A stretch of DNA of 64,000 bases from Polyangiaceae bacterium (GTDB lineage: Bacteria > Myxococcota_A > Polyangia > Polyangiales > Polyangiaceae), in contig JANRKO010000074.1 in assembly GCA_033763455.1 (NCBI GenBank), forward strand, positions 54,715 through 118,714. Direction: 5' to 3'. Below are positions 9,536 to 17,282 of this stretch, in pieces (positions within the stretch are counted from its first letter, which is position 1; every line of letters starts with the position of its first letter). The position numbers and the translations under genes were made by a program. The notes beneath the pieces are model-generated. The model was not told where the DNA came from. It made no database searches and saw nothing but the letters and a program-made list of their open reading frames with translations.

Positions 9536-10714
9536 TCAATAAATCCCAACTGGCATCGCGCGCTTACTGAGCAGGGCCGCCCCCACTCCTTCAGTAGGAT
9601 CACTGGCCCAGCGGGCCGAAAACGCCTCCCGGAGCACCGTTTCGGCGAGCTTGGCTCTGGGGGAAAAACCCCAAGCAGGTTCCTGGGACGTGTCGTTGGG
9701 ATCAGCGTAAAGCCGCCACACGAAAAAGCCCATGAAGCGAGGCTCCGCCGTCATCGCCGAAAGCAACGCGCGGTAGGCATCGGCCTGAGCGGCTTCGTTC
9801 ACCTCCACGCGACCCAAGTGTTCCGGCCACTCCCAAGGCCGAATCGCGGGGTCGGTGCGCGTGGTGTAACCAAATTCGGTGAAGAGCACCGGCTTCTGCC
9901 ACCTCTCCGAGAGGCTGCGAACACCTTGGGCTACACGGCGCCCGCCTTCCATGAGTGCTTCGGGCGAAGCTCCGTCTTTGTCTCCCAAAGGATAGAAGGC
10001 GTTGATGCCAATCACGTCTAACTCGCCCCAAATGCTTGTATCCTCAGCGTCATCCCAATTCGCCGCGTACGTCAGCATCCCAGAGTAACGTCGCTTCACG
10101 CTGCGGATGACTCGCGAGAAAAGGGGCGCGCGCGTTGTTGTCACCCAGCTGCGAAGCTCCACCCCCATGGAAAACAGATCAGCATGTTTTAGTTCGGCAA
10201 CTTCGGCCCAGCTGAGCACAAAGCGTTCGTACGAGTCTGCCCAAGCGCGCCAACCGGCATCGCCTTCAGGCTCAATTTCTGCTCGCCAGCCGCCTGTTTC
10301 CACCCATAGGTGAGGAACCAACATCACTTTGAGCCCGCGAGTGTGGGCTTGTTCAATAGCTAACGCCACCTGCTTGCGGTTGGCTTCAAAGGGAGCTTCG
10401 AACGTCGAGGAAATTCCCGAAGGGGTTAAATCCCAGACGCGCCCAAACGGGGTAAGGCTCACCCACGTGGCTCCCATTCGCGCGGCTTCATCGAGTGTTT
10501 TCTCGTACGCCGGGCTTCCGTAGCCGCGTCCAGGATGCAAGCTATTTTCGATGGGTCCAATCGTTACCCCGCGTACAGTTTCCTGAGCCAAGGGCTGCGG
10601 CAGTTCCATGTTTCGCTCCGAGGGTGAAGCGAGCGCGGAGCCCACCACCAAACTAACGCCTAGGCCGAGCCAACGGAACGGAGCGGCTTTCATGCGTGCG
10701 CTCTCAACTGGCAC
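9536..10714 (-). CDS. Glycoside hydrolase family 113-like TIM-barrel protein (secreted)
   Basis: GLKVMLVPHLW, SMGVEL, LTYAANWD, DVIGINAFYPL, KPVLFTEFGY; N-terminal signal peptide. Confidence 0.8.
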   Translation of the reverse strand: MPVESARMKAAPFRWLGLGVSLVVGSALASPSERNMELPQPLAQETVRGVTIGPIENSLHPGRGYGSPAYEKTLDEAARMGATWVSLTPFGRVWDLTPSGISSTFEAPFEANRKQVALAIEQAHTRGLKVMLVPHLWVETGGWRAEIEPEGDAGWRAWADSYERFVLSWAEVAELKHADLFSMGVELRSWVTTTRAPLFSRVIRSVKRRYSGMLTYAANWDDAEDTSIWGELDVIGINAFYPLGDKDGASPEALMEGGRRVAQGVRSLSERWQKPVLFTEFGYTTRTDPAIRPWEWPEHLGRVEVNEAAQADAYRALLSAMTAEPRFMGFFVWRLYADPNDTSQEPAWGFSPRAKLAETVLREAFSARWASDPTEGVGAALLSKRAMPVGIY

Positions 10715-11408
10715 CGTAAAGGGCTCGGTATAAGTCAGCGAGCGCCTCGGCGTTCACGTCAAGAAGGGTAGGGAATGTTGCATCTGCACCTGCCGCAGAT
10801 AGCTCCGACTCTTGATAACTCTGGGCGACTCCGACACACGTGAGTCTGGCCGCCTTCGCCGCGCGAACACCCGCTAGCGAGTCTTCAATCACCAGTGCGC
10901 GCCTCGCAAGAACAGGATCCATGCGGGTGGCCAAATACGCCAAACCCATGTGGTACCCTTCTGGATCCGGCTTGGAGCGGCTGGTGTCTTCAGCGGAGAT
11001 GACGTGCTCGACACAGGCTTCGGCAGCCAAGAATTTCAGACCGAGCGTGATTTCATCGCGCAGCGCACCCGATACAATACAGACGGGGCCAGCCTTCGCC
11101 CTAAGTTCGAGCGCTTCACGGGCTCCCCTAAACCCTTTGAGCTGGGTTTGGGCGAGCCTCAGGTAAACCGGGCGTTTGCTTTCGATCAGCTCGCGCAGCA
11201 ATGCGGGCGAACACGGGCGCTGGGCGTCGGCGAAAATTGCCGAAAATGCACCCGCGTCGTCGAATCCGATGTAGCGCTCCCAATACGTTGCCTCGTCCAC
11301 CGGCAACCCAAGGGGCACTAGCACCTCGCGAAATGCCGCTAGGTGTACGGCTTCGTCGTCAATCAGGACACCATTGTAGTCAAACAAAGTCGCAGGGAAC
11401 GTCTGCAT
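10704..11408 (-). CDS. HAD-superfamily phosphatase
   Basis: LFDYNGVLID (DxN variant of motif I), VSGA, SKPDPEGY, VIEDSLAG. Confidence 0.9.
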   Translation of the reverse strand: MQTFPATLFDYNGVLIDDEAVHLAAFREVLVPLGLPVDEATYWERYIGFDDAGAFSAIFADAQRPCSPALLRELIESKRPVYLRLAQTQLKGFRGAREALELRAKAGPVCIVSGALRDEITLGLKFLAAEACVEHVISAEDTSRSKPDPEGYHMGLAYLATRMDPVLARRALVIEDSLAGVRAAKAARLTCVGVAQSYQESELSAAGADATFPTLLDVNAEALADLYRALYGAS

Positions 11409-11558
11409 GCCGTGCCCACCTAGCACAAGTTGACCCGAGACAACCCCCCGAGACGCGGTCTGGGTGTAAGGTTCCCGCCCCACCCAACGTTCACGGGGCG
11501 CAAGCGTTGTGTTTGCCGTCGGTTTTCGGCATTCTGATCGATTGAGGAAAGGGACATC

Positions 11559-12980
11559 ATGCGAACTACTGCGATATCTTGGGCATTTCTGGCTCTTATC
11601 GGCTGCGGCTCAGCCAAGCCTCCCGAGGCCGAGGCCCCCACCAACGCGGGCGTGGGCAGCCAGGAGGACGATCCTCAGCATCAAGTCTCCGCACAGGAAA
11701 GCGGCGAGGGGCTCACTGTGGCGACCGATCCGGAGGGGCGGGGCCAAGATGGGGATAACGGCGAGTGGGGGATCCTGGGAGATCCTAGCTACGCGAGCGT
11801 TGTGGAAAAGGTGGTGGGCATGGCCGGCGACCAGGCTCTCACCCAAGCCGTTAATCGGAGAGGGTTATCGCTTCTGAATGTGATGTGGGAAGACACCGGG
11901 CGTCAGGAGGGCTCAGCGCTCGGCCCCAACATTACGGATTTGACGCTTCAAGTTCGCTACCGTGTGCCCGGCGATGAGCAAGAACGGGCGGGCCTCTTGC
12001 CAGTGATTCGCTTTCCCAACTTCGAGGATCGCACGGCGGATATCCGCGCGGATAAGTTCTTTGTGCGAGTGGGTAACCAGCGCGACAAGAAGAATCTAAA
12101 GACGGTAGCGCTCAAAGACGTGCTTAAGAATATCCGAGGTTACCTTGCGACGCCATGGTCCCTAAAGGGGAGTGGTAACCTGCTCGCGGCGCGAGATACC
12201 CACTTTCTCGTGAGCGCCCAGGCAGTTTTTCTGCCCATTCCTAAAAAGGGCCAAGCGGAATTCAACCCCGTTGTTTTCAACTACCAATCGGCCCCAGGCT
12301 CTCCTGCTGTGCTCACCCTTCTGGTCACGCGCCAGGGCACCAGCATCACCGCGATCGAGAATAGCCCGCAAGACAGCACCACCTCCGGTTACGGCCAGGA
12401 GCTCTACTTCAATAATGAAGGTCAACGCGCGGCGTTCACCGCGGAGCGAAAACAGGACGTCGAACGGCGGATAAGCGCCCAGGGCGGCCCCAAAACTGCG
12501 GACGACAAGAGCGCCCTCGCACGCGGCGCGGACGTACTGTTTTTGGTGCAGGTGCCCCTCCGGCACCGGAACCGCGGTTACCTTGGAGGGATAGGGTCGA
12601 CGGGTGGCTCTGTCTACGCCCCTTCGGAATCCATGGCGCCTTCCGCTGCTCCCAAAGCGATGGCTAGCGAAGAGGGAGCTATGCAAAAGAGCGATGTGGA
12701 GCAGGCCGTGCTTGGGCACGGTAAGAACCGAGGCGCCTTTTTGGAAGGCAATGACCTTGCGCTCGAACGTGATCCTGCCTTCCCCATCCGCATCACGGTG
12801 CAGTTCTACAAAGCCACCAGCAATGGTGTGGTGAGCGAGAGAGATCTTGATGGCATTGCGGCCTCCATTGGCGGTGTGTATGAGCACGCCGATTTCGTGG
12901 GGTCGCTCGTGATCCCCGAAGGGGACCGCTCACGCCCCACCGAGTGGCAAAAAATGCCCCGCGAGTGGTTTCCTTGGTGA
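11559..12980 (+). CDS. Lipoprotein of unknown function
   Basis: Lipobox LALIGC, 473-aa ORF with upstream AGGA/GGGA ribosome-binding-like sequence, and globular conserved-looking blocks (WEDTGR..GPNITDLTL; RDPAFPIRITVQFY). Confidence 0.8.
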   Translation: MRTTAISWAFLALIGCGSAKPPEAEAPTNAGVGSQEDDPQHQVSAQESGEGLTVATDPEGRGQDGDNGEWGILGDPSYASVVEKVVGMAGDQALTQAVNRRGLSLLNVMWEDTGRQEGSALGPNITDLTLQVRYRVPGDEQERAGLLPVIRFPNFEDRTADIRADKFFVRVGNQRDKKNLKTVALKDVLKNIRGYLATPWSLKGSGNLLAARDTHFLVSAQAVFLPIPKKGQAEFNPVVFNYQSAPGSPAVLTLLVTRQGTSITAIENSPQDSTTSGYGQELYFNNEGQRAAFTAERKQDVERRISAQGGPKTADDKSALARGADVLFLVQVPLRHRNRGYLGGIGSTGGSVYAPSESMAPSAAPKAMASEEGAMQKSDVEQAVLGHGKNRGAFLEGNDLALERDPAFPIRITVQFYKATSNGVVSERDLDGIAASIGGVYEHADFVGSLVIPEGDRSRPTEWQKMPREWFPW

Positions 12981-13059
12981 GTCCTTAGGCCTACACGTTG
13001 TCGCCGCCGCCATCCGCGGTGAGCTAAGAATGTGGAGGGACGAGCCGCTCGGGAGCTTT

Positions 13060-14091
13060 TCAAAGTGGACAATCAGGATCAGCACCCCAACAACAATTGT
13101 CGGGGGTTAAATCACAGTTGCCGTTGCTCGGCAGGGGTGAGCACACTCCCGCGTTGGCACACTGGGCCGGCCTGGGCTGGCCTCCTACACCCGAGCAGTC
13201 CGGATCTTGCGAGCGACAACAATCTTCCAGCTTGCGGCCGCATTTTCCATCGGAAACCTCAATGTAGGCATCGCAGGCAGCGGCCTTACAAGCCGCTACA
13301 TTCGCGCAGTCTAGATCGGGAAATCCACAACACCCCGCAGTTGGGTTGGATAAAGCGCAATATCCATCGGGGGCCGCAGGCAAAACGGGTGGGCAACCGA
13401 CATTTGCGCAGTCGAGCGGTCCCGTTCCCGGCAAACATAACTGGGGTTCGACGCACGGCCCGTAACACGAGCCGTTGGAGGTCGGAACCTTACCAGGTTC
13501 ACATTGCACGAAGAGGTCGCAGGCTATCTGGTTGAGGTCGCAGTTGTATTTCGCGCCGCAATCCGGATCCAAGTATCCGCAGCAGGGCGTCGGGGCCTGT
13601 TCCTGGCACTTGCCATCCATGGGGAGAGAAGCACCCGGGCAAGCCACGTTCGCGCACATGTCCGTGCAGTCTGGATCCTGAAACCTGCAACAATCGGTGA
13701 CGGGACGCGCACAGGTGCCATCGGGCACTTCCGAAAAGGCCGCGCACTGAACCGTCGCGCAATTTACTGCATTTAGGCAATCCTGATCGGTAAAGCCGCA
13801 ACACGCGCTCGGAGCCTCTTGGCTACAGAGGCCATCAGGTGGCGAAACTGGTGCGCACGCCACGTTGCGACAATCGACCACTCCAGGTTTTCCCCCGGTG
13901 CTCGCGCTGTTTCCCCCGGTGTTCGCGCTGTTTCCTCCCGTGCCCACGCTGCCCCCTCCTGCCCCCGTGCGGCTTCCCCCAACACCCGACCCACCACCCG
14001 TCCCCGTGCTCGAAGTTTCGACGAACTTTCCGCTGCAAGCGACAAACAGGAGGGCGAAGGTGCTGGCGAGGGCGAAGGACGCAGTATTCAT
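13060..14091 (-). CDS. Cys-rich repeat lipoprotein
   Basis: Lipobox LFVAC, Gly/Thr/Ser linker, then six copies of a six-Cys module ending CC-x3-D(P/Q/L)DC. Confidence 0.88.
   Translation of the reverse strand: MNTASFALASTFALLFVACSGKFVETSSTGTGGGSGVGGSRTGAGGGSVGTGGNSANTGGNSASTGGKPGVVDCRNVACAPVSPPDGLCSQEAPSACCGFTDQDCLNAVNCATVQCAAFSEVPDGTCARPVTDCCRFQDPDCTDMCANVACPGASLPMDGKCQEQAPTPCCGYLDPDCGAKYNCDLNQIACDLFVQCEPGKVPTSNGSCYGPCVEPQLCLPGTGPLDCANVGCPPVLPAAPDGYCALSNPTAGCCGFPDLDCANVAACKAAACDAYIEVSDGKCGRKLEDCCRSQDPDCSGVGGQPRPAQCANAGVCSPLPSNGNCDLTPDNCCWGADPDCPL
13889..13942. repeat. 21-bp tandem repeat (about 2.5 copies) encoding the TGGNSA(N/S) linker
   Basis: TTTCCCCCGGTGCTCGCGCTG / TTTCCCCCGGTGTTCGCGCTG / TTTCCTCCCGTG. 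Confidence 0.85.
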
Positions 14092-14345
14092 ATCAGGCTC
14101 CAGAGAATCCTCCTCTTTCTAGGGCAAACCCTATGCCAACGCGAACAAACCCGCGCTGAGAGGGCTTACCAAGCTCTGAAAACTCTGGGCCGCCGGATCC
14201 AAACGCCGCGGAACTGTGCCAAGTGTGCCACCTCTACCTCTACGGCTTGGAAGGGCAGCGGCAGGTGGGGTGCTTATCCCCGCCGGGCAGTTTTAATCTT
14301 GCAGTCGCGCGGCGACGTTGTCCCGACGTCGGGTTCATAGCAGAG

Positions 14346-14771
14346 TTAGCCACCACCGCGGGGTGGCGTCATCGTAGGTATCGTTTGCCGACGGTTTCTT
14401 CGGTAGACACGAAAATCACTGTCCATTGTGAGTATTACCGAGTTGGCTTCGAGTTCTGTGATCCTCACAAGGCAGGCGTCCGCCAGGGACATCGGGACAT
14501 CGGAAAACTTCTTCATCAGGGCGCGGACTGCATCGACTTCGCTTGCCAGTCGAAACTCGCACTTGACCAGGTTTCGCGCCATTAGCGCCAAGACGGCATC
14601 GCGACCGCCCTCGAAGTCTCGCAAGAGATAGCAAGCCTCGGAAATCACGGCTTCGCACGTGACGATGGGAGGTTCGATGGTGTCGAGCACCGCCTTAGCC
14701 CATGCGTGTTGGCGATCTCGCTTGTTGAGAAAAGGAACTAATGGTCCGGTATCTATGACAAACGTTGTCAC
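14346..14771 (-). CDS. vapC: PIN-domain VapC toxin
   Basis: VIDTGPL, VISEACYLL, SLADACLV, LTMDSDF acidic PIN tetrad. Start overlaps the antitoxin stop (GTGA). Confidence 0.93.
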   Translation of the reverse strand: MTTFVIDTGPLVPFLNKRDRQHAWAKAVLDTIEPPIVTCEAVISEACYLLRDFEGGRDAVLALMARNLVKCEFRLASEVDAVRALMKKFSDVPMSLADACLVRITELEANSVILTMDSDFRVYRRNRRQTIPTMTPPRGGG

Positions 14772-15007
14772 TTGCCGTAGCCCGACATGTGCTTTGGATT
14801 TGTTGACAAATCTGAAGGGCCTTCGATGGACCCAACGAGGTCCTTAGCCGCCGCCGTGACCGAATTCCGCTTACCTTTAGCCAAAGCCTCCAGGGCTTCC
14901 CGTACGAGAGCAGAACGGCTAGATTTTCGCACTCGCGCCAGCTCATCGAGCTCTTGGTCGAGCTTTTCTGGCAGCTTAAACGACACGGTTTTCATCGGAC
15001 CTGCCAT
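14768..15007 (-). CDS. Ribbon-helix-helix (CopG-type) antitoxin
   Basis: MKTVSFKLPEKLDQELDELARVRKSSRSALVREAL RHH pattern; directly upstream of vapC. Confidence 0.9.
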   Translation of the reverse strand: MAGPMKTVSFKLPEKLDQELDELARVRKSSRSALVREALEALAKGKRNSVTAAAKDLVGSIEGPSDLSTNPKHMSGYGK

Positions 15008-15008
15008 G

Positions 15009-15037
15009 GTAATACTCCGACTGCAAAATAGTATTAC
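15009..15037. promoter_or_regulatory. Inverted-repeat operator of the vapBC operon
   Basis: GTAATACT-N13-AGTATTAC perfect 8-bp inverted repeat abutting the antitoxin ATG. Confidence 0.7.
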
Positions 15038-15157
15038 GTCGAGGTTTTCCGGTCAATCAATGCATTCGCGCTCGCGAGTGCTCGGCAATCTCCGGCGGGA
15101 GGGCAGCCGCGTCACCACGGGCTGGAGGGGTCGAGGAAGCTTTGAATTGCGGCGTCC

Positions 15158-15328
15158 TTAGTCAACCTCCGCGCACAGCTTCTTGTCGTAAGCGAGCAGA
15201 GCGCGCACGCCCCAAGGCAGAGAACCGACCCAGGGACGAATAGGCACGGCGGGCAGCACGTATCCTTCGAGGTGTACGGCCGTGTCGGCCATGCGGCGAC
15301 CGGCACAGGATGGGCAGAAGCCTCGACG
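15158..15328 (-). mobile_element. Remnant of an IS91-like (Y2/HUH) transposase zinc-binding domain
   Basis: My translation between two stops: RRGFCPSCAGRRMADTAVHLEGYVLPAVPIRPWVGSLPWGVRALLAYDKKLCAEVD. This matches the family pattern RGFCPSC.GRRMA.TA.HL...VLP.VP.RQWV.S.P. Not present in the ORF track. Confidence 0.85.
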
Positions 15329-15726
15329 CTATCTTCTCAGGATCGACCCTTGCGATCGGCGGGGATGGCGCTCCAGAATGACCGCCGTGGCGGTGGACCC
15401 CAAGCAGTCCACCGATGTGATCGCGCCCCGCGGTGGCGTAGGCCACCTGTCGTTTTTCGCACCAGGCAGTCGTTAACAGTGAGGGACTCATAGGGTGCAG
15501 TACCGGCGTTCACGGTAGCCCACGGCGTTGCGGTTTGGCGGCTTGACCGAGAGCCAACCGCACATTACTCAACAAGGGGACTTCGAATGGCAGCTTGTGG
15601 GTATTTCCAGTCGACTTTTGCGATGGCCCCCGAGTTGTTCCGCGCGCGCGCAGTGGCCCGACCAACAAAAGTGTTCGTGCGGGCCCATCGCGAGCTGCAT
15701 ATTAGCTTAGACGACGGCCCTTCCTT

Positions 15727-17076
15727 ATGAACTGGGGAAACGCGGATTTGCTCGTCGAGATGCTTGACCGTCAGTTGAGCTTCTTGCTCACGCAGCAGGA
15801 CGAACGCCGAGTTCTTCTACTGTCACGGTGGTTGACCTTCGTCAGTCGGGAACCACAGCTCCACGGCTTAGCAGCAGAGATGATCACCGAGGTCAGCAAA
15901 TCACTCGATGATCTCAGCAAGGAAGACCATCGCGTCCGAGAGCAAATCGAGAGGATCTGGCTGCAGCATGGCGATACGATTCGACGTCGCCTCGCAAGCG
16001 ATATGGCGAACGGCAAGGTGCACGCGTATTGCCATCTAGGCGAATTCGGGAAGAAGTTGGCAAATCGTCCCTTGGTCAAGATCCCTCCCCAGACGGTGTT
16101 TCAGGAGTCTCGCCGTGAAGTTGACAACCTCGTTCTAGCGTTGAAGCACTGGTGCCAGTGGGGGGCGGGAGCCGGTGCGGATGGAAACCTCGAAGAAGGT
16201 GACCTCACGTCAGTGCTCAAGCAGGCAAGTGAACTAGAGCGTAGCCGGGCCCATTGGTGGCGACTGTTCAGGACCCTCCTTGAGTCATCACCTGGAGCGG
16301 CGATCATTCGGTTGGGAATGCTGAGCCGCAGCACCAATCCGGTTCCGCCGCAGGCGTTTGAGTCACAGGCCCAGAACCAACAATCGCGGGAAACTCAAGC
16401 GGCCTTGTTCGAGAAGCAGAATGAATTTGCGGAGAAAGTACATAGCTTTAAAGCCTTGGAGCTGCGAATGCTCGAAGGCGACGAAGTATCAGGCGCTGCT
16501 GCGGACATCCAGTTGGACGCAACGCTGGTAACTCACGAGTTACAACTGCGACTTCTTGCTGGTCGTTCACGCCTTGCGCTCGTTCGCCGGTATGCCGCGC
16601 GATGTGAAGGCTTTGACGCAATGCTGCTTCGCGCGAAGATTGCGGACAAGCCTAAAGGGGTTGAGAGCCAACTGACCCTGGACTTTGCTCGATACCTGTT
16701 TGAGCAAGGCTTCACGCCCTTGATGGATCCAACGATTGGTGGCCTACGGCCAGACATTTTCGACACAACACGCGGCGGATTGCTGTACGTCGAAGCAAAA
16801 CAGTACTCTAAGCCTGGTGCACGGAGGCAGATCGTCAACGCGTATCGTCAAGTGTGGAGCACTTGGGGTCGATTGGAGAACGTTCACAGAGCGCCCGAGG
16901 CATTTCTACTGGTGTTTCGGGTCGGCGGACCCCGTGCGGAACTGCCCCCAATCCTGCGTCATGGCGGGCGCTGCCTTTACTCGGTCTTGGTGGACATCTC
17001 GCCGGAAGCAGGCAGCCGGGAAAAGCACCAGCCAATTTCGTTCCAGGAATCAGCATTGCTCCCAAGCAATGATTGA
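15727..17076 (+). CDS. Hypothetical protein with C-terminal PD-(D/E)xK nuclease-like domain
   Basis: GVESQLT...YL...G, RPDIFD, LLYVEAKQY and AYRQV motifs after a roughly 300-aa helical N-terminal region. Confidence 0.7.
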   Translation: MNWGNADLLVEMLDRQLSFLLTQQDERRVLLLSRWLTFVSREPQLHGLAAEMITEVSKSLDDLSKEDHRVREQIERIWLQHGDTIRRRLASDMANGKVHAYCHLGEFGKKLANRPLVKIPPQTVFQESRREVDNLVLALKHWCQWGAGAGADGNLEEGDLTSVLKQASELERSRAHWWRLFRTLLESSPGAAIIRLGMLSRSTNPVPPQAFESQAQNQQSRETQAALFEKQNEFAEKVHSFKALELRMLEGDEVSGAAADIQLDATLVTHELQLRLLAGRSRLALVRRYAARCEGFDAMLLRAKIADKPKGVESQLTLDFARYLFEQGFTPLMDPTIGGLRPDIFDTTRGGLLYVEAKQYSKPGARRQIVNAYRQVWSTWGRLENVHRAPEAFLLVFRVGGPRAELPPILRHGGRCLYSVLVDISPEAGSREKHQPISFQESALLPSND

Positions 17077-17090
17077 AAGGGATCCACGTC

Positions 17091-17282
17091 ATGATTCGAA
17101 ACTATCAGCGGCTAGCCGAGTACCTTCGAAGACACCGCGCGCTCTGCTCGGGCCCCGAAGCCAAGTACCAACAAGTGCTAGAGTTTGACGATAGAGAAAG
17201 TCGAATCCTCTTGGGCAAGCACCCGCGCGCGAGAGAGACGCTGCCACGTCTTGTCGGACTTCGGCTTCCGGAGCCCTCATGA
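17091..17282 (+). CDS. Small hypothetical protein (63 aa) or gene remnant
   Basis: AAAGGGA ribosome-binding-like sequence upstream of ATG 17091; the stop overlaps the next ATG (ATGA). Confidence 0.5.
   Translation: MIRNYQRLAEYLRRHRALCSGPEAKYQQVLEFDDRESRILLGKHPRARETLPRLVGLRLPEPS

Noticed and set aside
14250..14351. Integron attC site after vapC (GGCTAAC overlapping the stop on the minus strand)
   Set aside because: The left half looks attC-like, but I found no matching GTTRRRY end and no integrase.
15567..15712. attC-like hairpin before the nuclease gene (ACTCAAC ... CTTAGAC with internal GCGATGG/CCATCGC dyad)
   Set aside because: The ends are not complementary and the GTT core is absent; it may be chance in GC-rich DNA.
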